Shown piece after piece: positions 22,203 to 34,520 of a stretch of DNA of 36,417 nt. Under the pieces are notes generated by a model. It saw only the letters and a program-made list of their open reading frames with translations, searched no databases and was not told the DNA's origin. The stretch is taken from contig CDMY01000652.1 of the NCBI GenBank assembly GCA_001179505.1, positions 1 through 36,417 of the forward strand, in the 5' to 3' direction. The position numbers and the translations under genes are program-made. This stretch comes from Vitrella brassicaformis CCMP3155. Its lineage: Eukaryota; Protista; Chromerida. Numbering within the stretch: the stretch's first letter is position 1; each line of letters opens with the position of its first letter.

Positions 22203-24150
22203 TCAGTGCTGCTGCAGGTTCTCCTGTGCGTATTGTGCCAGCTTGGAGAAGTACTTGTTGAGGTACTCGAGCAGCCCCCTCGTCGGCTCCTTCGGGTGGG
22301 GCTTGTTCACAAACGGCACTTCGCTAGCAACTACACACACACACACACAAGACACACACATATGCCTTCCCTCCCTCCCTCACTGCCGACCCACTGAAGC
22401 TCACACACATCGCAGGTGTGTGGCGTACGTCTCTGCATGTGTGTGGTGCAAATCTTGCGGATTTCCTTCTCGTCCATGTCGTCCACCGACTCCCCGCCCG
22501 CCCATCCCCACGCAGACAACACCTCACGCAACACATCCTCACTGGTGTGGCGCAACACCGCCGACAACGACATCGCAGTCGCTTCTAACAGACACAGACA
22601 GACAGCCACACACGCACGAATGCGGCAGTTGCTGTGCGTGTGTGTATGTGTATGTGTGTAAGGGTTGGTCGGCCATCGTCCTCCCTCACTAGGTCGTGTT
22701 CTGAATGTGGCACTGATGGCATCCACGGTGGAGAGCTTGCCCCCCTCCATGAGCTGCCTCTCCGCCTCCCCCTGGGCCCACTGCTGGGCGGCACGCAGCC
22801 TCTCGTCCTCCCCCTCATCCATACCGTACTCATCCAGAGCAGCAGCCTCCTGCATACACACACACAGAAAGGTGCGGTGCGGTGGCACGGTGGTGGGTCG
22901 AGTCATTCGCCCACCCCGCCACACACCCGTCCTGCCCACCTGTGCTTTGAGCTTGGCCTGTTTTTTCTTCTTGGGCGCCTCGGGCTCCTTGTCAGCAGGA
23001 GGAACGCGACGCTTCTGCGGCAGGGGGCCGGAGGCAGCCGCAGCAGCTGCAGCAGCCGCCGCCTGACCCCTCCCGCGCCCGCGGACCTCACCGCCCTCCT
23101 CTTCCTCCTCGGCAATATGCTCTGCAGGACAGACCCACCAGGAAGTGGCACCCATTTACCGGATCGGCTGTGTGTGTGGTGTGTGTGTGGTGTGTTACCT
23201 ACCTTCATCCTCTACGTACTCTTGCTCCTCCTCTTCCTCCTCCTGTTTGGCTTTGGCCTTGGCCTTGCGCGGCCTGCCCTTGGGCTTGGCCTTGCCCTTG
23301 ACCCTGGCGGCGGCCGCTTTGCCGCCCCGCGGCTTCGGCTTGGCCTTGGCGGGGGCAGCTGACCCATGCATGCATCCATCCGATCACACATAGACAGACA
23401 GGGTGCAGTCTATGTGGATATTTGTTTGCCGTTCATGACGCGTGGCGTGGATGTGTGGCTGTGTGGCTGCTCTGCGTGTGTACGTTTCTCTTCCTCCTCT
23501 TCTTGGGCCTCTTCCCCCTCCTCATGCTGGTGCTGCATGTGGTCCTCTAGGTCCTCGTCGTCATGCTGCTCCATGCCCTCCTCGTCCTCTACCTCACCTG
23601 CACACACACGCACAGGTACAGGTACACACGCAGGCTCGTTGGCGAGTCGGTGTGGGTGGCCGCCAGGACCTTGCTCCTCCTCCTCCTCTTCCTCGTCATT
23701 CTCGTCCTCATACATGATGGGACCTGGACGGACGATAGATACATAACACAGCAGCAAACAGACACACTCGGTGTCTCTCAATGACCCAGTCCATCCATCC
23801 ATCCATTCATTGGTCCTTGTGCGTGGAGGCCTCCCTCCCTCGATGGATCCATCGACTGACTCACTCACCCATGATGACTTTCCTCTGCGATCCGCCGCTG
23901 GTGAATGCGTACTCCCTGGACGGCGGCTTGTTCCTGACTGCCTTCTCTATCCTGCTCCGGAACCCAGGCAGACACAACACAACCTGACCACATCACACAC
24001 ACACCATGGACAGAGTGATGCCATATGCTGATGGCATGCAGGATGGCCAGAACTCGCCGCGTAGTGCGTTCGTTCCACGTACCGCATCTACAGCCGCCTT
24101 CCTGCTCCTGAAGTGCTGCACCCTCGCCGTCTTCTCCTCCGCTTCCTGTG

Positions 24151-24182
<32 letters not shown>

Positions 24183-24342
24183 CCACCGGCAGCAACTTGA
24201 AGCGGTAATGCGCACGGGAGCTGCTGCGGCGGTGTAGTTTCCCTCCCTCCCCACTGACCTCGTCGTCTGCGACTTCGCCGGCGAGGCCCTCGCAGATGAC
24301 ATAGTAGCCGTGAACGGGGCGGTCGTCACCCCCACGGGGCAT
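22203..24342 (-). CDS. Multi-exon acidic/basic protein with an AT-hook-like motif, probably nuclear
   Basis: Exons reconstruct MPRGGDDRPVHGYYVICEG...; poly-Glu tracts; KAKPKGRPRKAKAK (AT-hook core GRP); PKKKKQAKLK (NLS-like). The helical C-terminus ends ...LLEYLNKYFSKLAQYAQENLQQH-TGA. Internal junctions were only partly checked. Confidence 0.6.
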
Positions 24343-24393
24343 GGCTCTACTCAATCACTTCTACGGCGTGGCTGGCTTGAGCATCCACCCCTC

Positions 24394-24435
24394 GAACCCT
24401 CCTCTCATAGGGTTCCTAGTAGGGTTCAGGGTTTC
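24394..24435. promoter_or_regulatory. Cluster of telomere-like (telo-box-like) motifs in a divergent spacer
   Basis: GAACCCT 24394-24400, TAGGGTTC 24408-24415 and TAGGGTTCAGGGTTTC 24420-24435, between ATGs at 24342 (-) and 24513 (+). Confidence 0.4.
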
Positions 24436-24512
24436 GCGAGCTTCGAGCTTCCTATGCCCGGTGGTGGTGTCAATATCAGCTTCGCCACACAGTCAATTCA
24501 TCAACTCGCGTC

Positions 24513-27500
24513 ATGGCGAAGGAAGATCTGGAGCATGCCATCGGCATGGCGCGGCGGCTGCAGCAGGTCCTCCCCGGCTTCCACGGCACCAGCAGAATGC
24601 ACGTCACCACACTCTCACAGCTGCAGGATGCTGCCGAGGCCCTCCAGCGGCGCACACCGCCGCCCACTCTCCAATACGGCGAGGATCTGCCCGCCCTCCT
24701 CCGCACACCGCCCGCAGAGTATGTCGAGCGACACATCCGCGGCCTAGATCTGGCTAATCTGGTGGCTCCCAAGGTTGTGGAGGAGAGAGAAGCGGCGGCG
24801 GTGGTCGGGCGTGCGAGTGGGCTGCCGTCGACCAACCTGCTGGCCCATCTGCAGAGTCACCACGACGCGCTGCTGCTGAAGCAGTATGAGGAGGCCAACA
24901 AGGAGGCGTGGAATCGGCATGCGGCTGCGTCGCACCAGAAGATGATGGACGAGTGGCAGCGGGAGAGGGAGGCCATCAAGCAGCGGCTGGGGCTGCCCAG
25001 GGACCAGCAGCAGGGAGCTTTCATGGAATCGGCCGATGCCGCAAGCCTCTTCGGGTAAGGCGAATCTATGTATGATGCATGTGTTCGTGTCACCTGTGTT
25101 GATGTGCATGGGCCTGCTGTGTGTGTGCGCAGCGGTCCCCCGTCCGCCCGTCTTCGCCAGCGATCCTCCCCCCCTCTGGAGCGGCAGCGGCTCATCTGCG
25201 CCCCCGACCGCCAAGTCATCGAGACCCTCCTCTCTCCCCGCGACCACCCCTACGCCAAATTCGGCAGGATCCGAAGCATCACGCGAGATGCTCTCGGGAA
25301 ACCCCCCGACGCGCAGCAGGGCATCAGCGATGCCGCGCTGATCCGCGACGTGGATGAGTGCTTCGACATCCTGGACCACGAACTGCATGCCGGCAAGCGG
25401 AGCCTGCTGGGCGGCGAGGCGAGCCATGACGAGTGCGTCAAGGCGATGGTGTGCGGGTCGATCAACTACCTGGAGGACCAGTTCCGCCAGGCCATGCGCA
25501 AGACCATCTCAGACAGACCGAGAGAGGCCATGTGGGGCGGGCGGGAGGATCCGTGGGAGTTCATCAAGGTGGGTATGGGGTGGGGGGCACAGAGGGCAGG
25601 GCAGGCAACCTTGGGGGACGACTTGCTGTGGACACCTGTGTGGGCGCACGTGTGTGTGTGTGTGTGTGTGTGCGTAGGCGTATGGCCGCACAGTGCGGGG
25701 TGACGTTTCCTTCCCCAGCCGGTCTGACGACTACTGGCTCGCCGCCTACTGCGCAGCCAGGGCTGGGTTTGTGCAGGTAGAGAGAGAGGGGGACGCCATG
25801 CATGTGTCTGTTCACACCGACTTGATCCATGCCATTTGTGTGTGCAGTTGCTGTATGACATGCCGTCTCTGGTCCACGGGAGGCCCGACTACTTCGAGGT
25901 GGTCTGTGCCTTCTTCGCCGCCACGCTCGACACCGCCACGGGCACACTTGACCTGCCACAGCCGGGAGAAGGTACGCACGCCAGGCCAGGCCAACACAGA
26001 GAGAGACAAGCAACACAACACAAGACACGACCCCAGCAAATTGTCTGTCTGTCTGTCTGTGTCCACTGTGGGTGCAGAGCCGTTCTGGGGTCAGTATGGC
26101 GACCATCCATGGCGGGCCAAGAGCCGCGAAAAGGCTGAATGTAGGCAGCAGAACACAATCGCGGTCAACCACACAGACAGACACAGAGGAGTGTGTGTGT
26201 ATGCCTGTGTGCCCGTGTGTGTGTGTGTGTGTGTGTCAGCTCGCCGCTACCAGGACGCTAAGCGCCACGCCGAGCTGGCCATTGAGGGCCGGGGAGGGGA
26301 GGGGCACTCGCACGAGCAGCGGCTGCTCACCGCCATATCCTCAGCGGGACTCACATTCTCATTCGCCAACTGGGAGCAGGTCGGCACGCACCTCCACCGC
26401 CCACCCATCCATTCATCCATCCATCCATCCATTTGTCCATGGTCCATTCCTTCCCCACTCCTCTGTGCGTGTGTGTCAGGGGACGGCGACCGACTGGATC
26501 TGGTATCAGCTGCACAAGTCCATCCGCAGCCAGCGATTCCTCGACAAGCTGGCCGACACGGGGGCCAAGGTGGCCAAGCTGCCGGCCCACCACTTCAGCG
26601 GAGAGCAGCAGGCACCTCCACCACCACCCCCGCCACCGTCTGCAGCACAGATGGGCATGGGCATGGGCATGGGAGGGCCGCAGTACGGCTACGGCTACGG
26701 CTACGGCAGCTACTATGACCAGCCATACCAGCCGTATGATGCCAACGGATACGGTGCGCCAAATGACATAGAGAGAGACACCATCACACTCAATTGCTGT
26801 GCTCATTTGCCCACGTGTGAGGTGTGCATGGTCAGGTGGTGGTTACTATGGTGGCAGGCCGGCTGCAGCAGCAGCAGCAGCTGGGGTGGGTCAAGGTCTG
26901 TTCGGGTCTGGTGCGCAGCCGAGGGCGGCGGGGGGCGGTCGGGTGGCCCCCCTGGCCTACGCCAAGGCGCTGCTCATGACGCTACGCATCACTGACGCAC
27001 TCACATGGATGCGCGACGAATCAAAACAACTCAAGGTGGGTGCCGTGCGATTGCCTCACTCAGCAGTGAGTGAATGCAGAAATGGGATGCCATGCCATGC
27101 CTCACCATGTGTGTGTTGATGTCCTATCTATGGTATGGTATGTATGTCAGCATGCGGTGCTGTACATGGCGTTGAGCCTGTCCCCCTACCATCTGCTGAG
27201 CGGCAGCGGCCCTCTGCGGGCGGTGGAGGGCGACCGCACACTCGTCCTCGGCGACTTCCTCATCGACGAGATACAGCACTACGACGCACGGGCACAACTC
27301 AACTTCATCCAGGTAAGCCAAGCCTCCACACACGCCCCATCCCCCCTCCACACACGTCGTTTGGTGTGGATGCATCGCATCAGGTGCTGGACCCCGAGAC
27401 GAGGAAGGCCCACATGCGCACCCTGCTGACCGAGTCGCTTCGCTCAGCGGAGGGAACAACCACAGCTGCAGACCTGTTCGGCGAGGTGGATGAGGAGGGC

Positions 27501-28716
27501 AGGTTCGTCCAGGGGGCGCTGGTGGAGGCTGTGGTGCCGCCCAGGGCCGATGCGGGATGGACCGTGGTGCAGCGGGGCGGACGGGAGGGGCAGGGGGAGG
27601 GGGAGCCATCCGCCACGACCAGCCTGCTGTCTGCCCAGGAGTTTGAGGAGCTGTGCTTGACGGCCGCAGCTGAGTTCCAGGCACAGGTGGGGCTTGGGTG
27701 CAGAAGAGAGGCAGCACAATACGGGGTGGGTGTGATTGGACTGTTCCGTTGTGTATGTGTGTGGATTGGATGGCCACAGGGGATGTATTCTGTGTCGATG
27801 AAGCTGCTGCACGTGTGCGGCCGGCACAACGAGGTGGTTCCCCTGCTGCGCGAGGCATATCGTCAGGACGACCTGTGGAGCCTCCGCACCGCCGGCAACC
27901 CCGGCTACCGACCCATGGGCATCACCACCACTGGCACCACCGCCGCACCGCCACCTGCATCTGAGATCCTGGCGGCCAGGGCCATGGAAGCGGCGGAGAT
28001 CGACAAATTCTACCGCATATACAGCAACAAGAGGGCCGAATACCACGTGCGTGAGCAAACAACGGGGGAGAAGGGAACCCATACGCACACACACACACAC
28101 AGACATGCATTCATGTGGGTGTAATGTGGTGTGTCCTGCTCGTTGTGTATCTAACAGATAGTCGAGTCTCTGTGGGAGACGGTGGTGCACAGCAGGAAGG
28201 TGCGCGAGGCGCTGGTCATGGCGCACGAGAACTCCGACGTCGGCCAGGCGACGGACTTCATCTGCAACACAGGGTGGGTGGGTGAGGAAGACCGACCAAC
28301 CGACCCAACAGCCACCCTTATCGCCATTGAGTGCTTGTGTTCATGTGTGGTGTCTGCGTGTATGTGGATTTGTCGTCAGTTTGGTTCCCCACAGCGCCGA
28401 CACGATGGGGTATTACGACGACCTGAGCGACGTCTACCCCCGGCTGCTGGAGACATACGCCAGACTGATCAGCACACTCTCAGACGCGGTACTATGAGCG
28501 GGACAGACAGGCTGCTGATGCACCGGGAAAGCCATCTGCTGATCTGCACGTGGGTGTGCCGTGGTGTGTGTGTGTGTGTGTGTGTGTGTGTAGGGTTATG
28601 GTGGTGCGATCCAGTGTCTGGAGGCTTTGACGAAGTTCCTTTACATGCATGGCGACAAGCTGGCCTACACGAGCAGGAGCCACCCACACCTCTGGCGGCT
28701 GAGGCGACCGGCCTGA
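24513..28716 (+). CDS. NUP93: Nucleoporin Nup93/Nic96
   Basis: N-terminal LLAHLQSHHDALLLKQYEEANKEAW...DEWQREREAIKQRLG. Internal Nic96-type motifs WLAAYCAARAG, DWIWYQL, PLAYAKALLMTLRITDALTWM, HAVLYMALSLSPYHLL. C-terminal LEALTKFLYMHGDKLAY. Multi-exon; stop TGA at 28714-28716. Assigned from recalled family motifs. Confidence 0.82.
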
Positions 28717-28924
28717 TAGACGTAGGTAGAGCCATCCATCTATCTAGCAACGCAGAGGGACGGAGGGAGACGTAGCAACTGAATAGATTGACGAGTGCAT
28801 ACACGCCTGATCGACTCAAAGAAGGAGGGCCCTAGAGTGTCCCGTTAAACGTGTGGGTGATAGGAATTCCGCAGGTGACCGTTCGGCACGGGACTTCCGT
28901 GACTTGCCTGCGTTCATTTGCAAG

Positions 28925-30293
28925 ATGCAAGCCACCGCCAACTTCTTCCGGCGCCAGTTCGGCGTGTCTGAGGAGCATGCAAGGGAGGACTTTGTCCGCC
29001 GGCAGCAAGACAGGTGGCACATCTCCCGCCGTCCGTGTCCTGATCCTCTCGACTGTGACTTCCGCGTGGCGCTCGGCTTCCTCCCCGGCGAGAAGACGAC
29101 GCGAGGCGACGTCCTCCGTGCTGCCAAGAAGGTCACCGACTGGTATCATCCCGACAAGCACGGCAGTCACGACACATTCATCCACTTCAACCAGGCCAAG
29201 GAGGTGCTCGCGACTCCCCGGCTGGCCAAGGAGTACAACGAGGCCGTCGAAGAAGAGAAGGAGTTGCAGGAGGAGGAGGGCGGGCAGATCGATTGGCGCC
29301 AGTTCAACAGGCGGTTCCTCAAGCGTGCCGAGAAGAAGAACCGGGTCGTCAAGGCTGCCGGTACCACCCCTCAGCCCTCCACTTCGCATGGTGTGCCCCG
29401 TGCCAATTCGACGGCTTCCACTGCATCTACCCCCACATCGGTGGAGCCGGAATCGGCGCAGGACATCCAGATGTGCCACCTCTGCCTCGACGGGTCTGGA
29501 TCGATGGGGGGCGAGCGTGTCCAGAAGGGCAAGAAGGCACTCAAGGAACTGCAGCCCCGACTGGACGTGACGCCGACCAATGTCCACCTGATATCATCCA
29601 AGGGCGACAGCCGCCTTATCTATCGACACACGGATATTCTGACGGAGAGCAACCTGGCAGGCGCGTGGACGACAGGGGGCGGCACATACCTGTGGGAGTA
29701 CATCTACACGGCGACCAAGGACTACAAGGATCTGCAGCACGAGATCATCATCATCACGGACGGCGAAGACAACCATTCGCCTGCGCCATTCAGCGGGCTC
29801 GACGGCTTCAACGAGCTGATGAATCGCATGAAGGGGTAGGGTGCACACACGCAGGACAATCGTCCATCCACCCATTTCCCTGCTCTGCGTGACTTTCTTC
29901 AGCAAAATCCGCATCTCCCTGCTGCTCATCGGCAACAGTCTCAGCACCAAGAGCGCCACGGTGTACCGCGACCTGTGCCTCGCCACCGGCGGCGTCTATC
30001 ACCACCAGGCCGACTCGTCCCAGAACTTCTCGCTGGTCATGCAGAACTTCATCGCCCCCCTGCTCCTCACTGAGGCCGAGCGAGACATCGTGGCCTGCGA
30101 GCAGAAGCACGAGTACGAGAGCCTGGTGGCCCAGGGGCAGGCGACGGCGTTCGAGTGGTACCTCCCCATCACCAACGGACCGATGGACGAGACCGGCGGG
30201 GCCGTGGCAAGACCAGCGGGACCGAGTGCCCCCACACCCACCCCCCGGCGGGTGCAGCAGCTCAACTCACAGGTTACTGTGACTACTCTCTGA
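28925..30293 (+). CDS. J-domain (DnaJ/Hsp40-type) + von Willebrand factor A domain protein, about 433 aa
   Basis: Two in-phase exons: 28925-29835 and 29903-30293. J-domain ...DVLRAAKKVTDWYHPDKHGSHDTFIHFNQAKEVLATPRLAKEYN with an intact HPD. vWA with MIDAS elements LCLDGSGSM, GGGTYLWE, IIIITDGEDN, followed by IRISLLLIG and LCLATGG. Confidence 0.85.
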
Positions 30294-31618
30294 CTTGATG
30301 GGCCTGCTGTGTGTGCATGTAATGCAGCTTTTGTCTGCATGTGTCATGCTCTCCCTCCCCGTGCTTTTTCTGCAAGCGGGGCTGTTTTGATGCATTGATT
30401 GATGCGTGTGAGCAAGAGAAGAGGAGTGCATTTGATATGCATCATGTGTGTACATGCTACGCGTGCTTGGGATCATGTTTTATTCATTACCTTCTGTGCT
30501 TTCCCGTGAGTGACTTTTTGCCGATTGGGGGAGCGCCATCGTAGTGTATCTATCTCGTGAATATTGACGCTTTTTTATCAATATACAGGTTGGTGTGTGC
30601 GGCTTGGCTTCGTCGGTCGTTGTCGTGGGTCTGGGGAATGTCTGGGGTGTGGCATTAAGAAAGAAGCTGTCTCATGTTATCCTTCGGTTGGCTCTGCTAC
30701 GTTGTCACCAGTCTACCACGCAAAATGGCATCTCACCAACACTGAACTGACGCTCCTGCTTGGCAGGGGCGCCGATGACGCGCGATGGGTAGCGTGTGCT
30801 TGCTTGCACAGACGAATGGCTTTTTTCTGACTTTTTTTTCCGGCCATGTGTGTGTGTGTGTGTGTGTATCAAGGTGAGAGTCACACTTTCAGGCAGCATC
30901 CATCCATGCATCCAGGCTGGCTGTGTGTCTGTCTGCCCTGGGTGGGACTGGCTGTGTGCCATGCATAGCATGGATGGACGCATTGAATTGTACTGCCGTG
31001 TTTGTTGCACACAGACAAGCGGGATTCACTTGTCCTCATGAATGCAAGATGGCCAGCTCATCCCGGTCAATCGCATGCACACAAGATGACCAACCGGCCG
31101 TCTCTTCCATCATGCGCCACGTCGTCATCTACATCTTCTTCAGGGCGCCACGGGCAACAGCACACGACCTGCCCTCGCATCCCCACCGGTACTCGAATGG
31201 CGCATCCCCACCAACACCAGCAGCGGCCCTCTCGGAGGTCATTGCAGTCTTGACACGAAAGATATCAGTGACAGCTATTCACAACACTGAACACAAACAA
31301 GTACGTACACGAATCCGTCAGGCAGTTGTGAAAGTACATTAACTCATAGCGCAACGGCAGGCAGAGTCTGAATCCGTCAGTCAGTCAGTCAGTCAGTAGT
31401 CAGCTCGAGACAGAGAAACGACCCAGCGGCCCATCATGTCATATCAATGCACCGTATCCATCCGCCACCTGAGAGCACACACACACACACACACAGACGT
31501 GCACAGCAGCATCACCTCCCGTCGCTTCCCTTTCCTCTCACCTCGTCTGTCGACACCCGAGCAGCACTCATGAGACTATCCAGGACTAGGCCACAGCGCT
31601 CCCCATCGCGTCTGCCGC

Positions 31619-32114
31619 TCATGTGTGCCATCTCACAAGGGCACACAGGGCGGCCACGGCCACATGGCTCATGCAGCAGAGGGCGATGCTCCGCTGGAAG
31701 TCGGTCTTGCGGCTCTTGTGCTGGAATGCATTCACTGCAACGAACACGCCCAAACCGCCGCCCAGCAGACAAATGGCGCAGAAGGATCTCTCAGACAAGC
31801 GACAGCTCATCTGAGTGCACCAACAAACACCGGACGGATGAGTGCACGAATCGAATCTTTGATGTCTGTCGTTTGTGTGTGTGTGTGTCTTGGCTCACCT
31901 TTCTGTCGCACAGCTGCGAGCAGGTCTTATCGCAGAACATGAGAGCGACGCCGAGGCCGTTTGCAGCGAGATAGAACATGGCGTACGCTCTCAGAGGCAG
32001 GTCGGGCTTGAGCAGGGCTATCGACAGGGCACCGGTCAACGCGAGAAAGACCAAGAGGACGAGCAGATCCTCGATGCGGTTCGATACCCAGGCTGCATAC
32101 GTCTTCTTCCCCAT
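31619..32114 (-). CDS. DUF1294 family small membrane protein, about 135 aa
   Basis: Two exons: 32114-31899 and 31810-31619. YLAANGLGVALMFCDK...RLSERSFCAICLLGGGLGVFVAVNAFQHKSRKTDFQ matches the DUF1294 pattern (DK...R.sE...GG.lG....f.HKt.K..F). Confidence 0.8.
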
Positions 32115-32128
32115 CTCTTTCGCACGAC

Positions 32129-32149
32129 AGGGTTTAGGGTTCAGGATTT
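32129..32149. promoter_or_regulatory. Telomere-like repeat pair (GGGTTTA GGGTTCA) in a divergent spacer
   Basis: AGGGTTTAGGGTTCAGGATTT, starting 14 nt upstream of the DUF1294 ATG. Confidence 0.4.
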
Positions 32150-32302
32150 CTGCGGCAAGACCGCGAGCGGATGTTTTTCTCCGCCGCCTCACCAGAGTCA
32201 CCCATGCATGCCTTCCTGGGAGTCACGTCGATGAAGCTGCCGCTTGAAGCACCCCACCCTCCTCGTAGAGATTCCATCTTGGTGCACTGAGTGATCTGTT
32301 GG

Positions 32303-33019
32303 ATGCTGCCGTTTGTGGAAGTAGCAGCGAAGGGCTATGCGCCTGTGTCAAGATCCTGGTCATCCGTCATCTGCGCCTACCTGTGCCCTGGCAGCCTCAG
32401 GGCCTTCACCATCAGCGTCCTCGTGCTGGGCGCTTTCCTCTACATCCTCACCGTGCAAGCGCGCCGTATCGTCAACATGATGCTCGTCACCCTGGCACCG
32501 CCGAGAAAAGCGGTTCTTTCCGACGCACTGCTGGTGCTCGGAGGCGATAGGGCGAGGGAAGCTGCCGCGTTGACGCTGCTTAAGGACGGGCACTTACTAT
32601 TGAGTCCATCTGCAATGGTCATTATCTCATCAGGCGCCCTTTCTCATGAGGACATCACGGCACTCGGGCTCTCGACAGATCACGTCATCTTCGACCGACG
32701 GGCAGTCGACACTGTGACCAACTTTGTCACCACCGGGCCTCTATTCCGCGAGCATCGAGTCCGGCAGGTGATGGTTGCAACCAGTGACTACCACGCACGT
32801 CGCGGCATTGCGGTAGCGAGGATTGTATTGGGGTCGTTTCGGATGCGGGTTGTCCCTTTGGTGATTGCCTCGTCGGAGAAGATGCGGCAGGAGAGAGGGG
32901 AGACCAGGGGCAGGGTGATTCGTGACTGTTTGCGTGCATGGCTTTGGGTGTGGGCGGGGTTGGATCTGTCGTCTGTCACTGTGTGGCTGCACCCCACCAG
33001 ACAACCAAGGACGATATGA
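32303..33019 (+). CDS. YdcF/DUF218 (ElyC/SanA-like) protein, intronless, with an N-terminal membrane anchor
   Basis: LLVLGGDRAREAAA, VIISSG, DRRAVDTVTNF, VMVATSDYHARRG..ARIVLGS and RDCLRAWLW resemble the cyanobacterial-type YdcF pattern (recalled). Hydrophobic FTISVLVLGAFLYILTV near the N-terminus. Confidence 0.85.
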   Translation: MLPFVEVAAKGYAPVSRSWSSVICAYLCPGSLRAFTISVLVLGAFLYILTVQARRIVNMMLVTLAPPRKAVLSDALLVLGGDRAREAAALTLLKDGHLLLSPSAMVIISSGALSHEDITALGLSTDHVIFDRRAVDTVTNFVTTGPLFREHRVRQVMVATSDYHARRGIAVARIVLGSFRMRVVPLVIASSEKMRQERGETRGRVIRDCLRAWLWVWAGLDLSSVTVWLHPTRQPRTI

Positions 33020-33534
33020 AGGGCACTGCGTGCCAGTCGGTGCGTGCGTGCGTGCATGTGTGTGTATGTTCTGACCCTCTTGTGAATAGATGGATGGATA
33101 ACTGCATCGATGCATTTATGTGGCGGTGAGTGAATGGAATCCATTCTATCAATCAGACTATTCACTCGAAGACACTCGGCGTCACCTTGCCTGCACCTTT
33201 GTGATTACCGTGCCTGACAGGATGTCGCGGCCATCACGGCAATCACGAAGGCGCAGGCAAGGTCACGACGAGTGTCCTTCTCCCTCCCTCTTGGAACAGA
33301 CACCAACAACATATGTACACGCACGGCCAGGCACGACCAGTCGCAGCCAGGCTGCTCCATCAAAAAGATGACTCACACCAAACAGACAGACAGCAAAAAC
33401 CGTACCCACCACACCACACCACCGCCACCGCCGTACACAGTCCCACAGCCCACCAGCACACATCTCATTTCAACCATTCCCCCCATTCACTCCTCCACCA
33501 TCGCTATCATCCATCCACCAGAGCCATCACTCGT

Positions 33535-33730
33535 TCACTCTTCCGCCACCGTGAGCACCAGCGACCATATGACCGAGCACGCGATCGAGAAGCAGAGGAC
33601 CATGGTGTTCCACCGGGCGCGAGGGCTGCCCCGCGCGGCATCTCGGTTCAGCAGCCAGGTCACAAACGACATGACCAACCCGATCAAGGGAGCGAACACA
33701 CTCATCACCATGCAACACTGAACACACACG

Positions 33731-33763
<33 letters not shown>

Positions 33764-34404
33764 GGTGAGAGGAAATGGTTCTCGTGACTCAGCCACCCCG
33801 TGTCCGTGCTCGTGTTGTCACTCACGACGAAGAGGGTGCACTTCCACGGCGGGAAGTCATCTGCAGCGAGGATGATGGGCCCGCCGGGCAGTAGCACCTC
33901 CCTCCCCCCCTCGGCAGCAGCCTGTGGCGCCACGAACCGACCCACAGACGACGCCAGCTGGTTGCCCACCCACATCGATCCCTGTACGGGCTGGAACACC
34001 GGTTGACCATTGGGTGAATGACCTGAGAGGGGACGAAACGAACGGAGGCACAATGGGGCAGTCAGTAAGTTGGTTCTCTCCTTCTCTCTCCCTCGCTTCT
34101 TTGTGCATGCCATGGATCCCCCCTGACCTGTGCAAACCCACTGCGAGCCAAGCTCCACAGGCTGCGTCGAGTCTGTGGCCGCCGGGTGTGGCAGCTGCTG
34201 ACTCATCGGCACGGGCACGCCCACCACCACAGCGTCACTTGGAGCGCCAGACTCAGCAGCTGCCGCATGGCTGTCGTTGGCTCCCTGCTGAGGAGCCTCG
34301 GCGTCGATGGAGTCCTCAGCAGCCGGTTCGCTGGCGTCCTCTGGCGGAGGAGCGCTGGGGGAGGGGGTCGGGAGGGATTCTTTCAGCTCATGATACGTTG
34401 ACAT
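33535..34404 (-). CDS. Pro/Ala-rich N-terminus + C-terminal two-helix membrane protein, about 218 aa (paralog of 34740-35480)
   Basis: Three in-phase exons: 34404-34128, 34022-33826, 33717-33535. C-terminus CCMVMSVFAPLIGLVMSFVTWLLNRDAARGSPRARWNTMVLCFSIACSVIWSLVL. Confidence 0.7.
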
Positions 34405-34520
34405 ACTGTATGTAGCAGCGGTGGCTACGCGCAAGGTACTCGCTCGTGATCACCTGGACGGCGCCATTGACACAGAGGGTTGGCTTTCCTGATCCGGTGT
34501 TCTTCGGCGAGCAGCTTAGC

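Noticed and set aside
28832-29587. Long antisense and alternative-frame ORFs overlapping real exons (also 11734-12549+, 13139-13753+, 24744-25427-, 27124-27858-)
   Set aside because: Expected shadow ORFs from high GC3 codon bias; they have no motifs and mirror the sense-strand exons.
30923-31342. Possible small gene or gene relic (MASSSRSIACTQ...MRHVVIYIFFRAP...)
   Set aside because: A short stretch looks coding-like, but I recognise no motif or clear splice structure; insufficient support.
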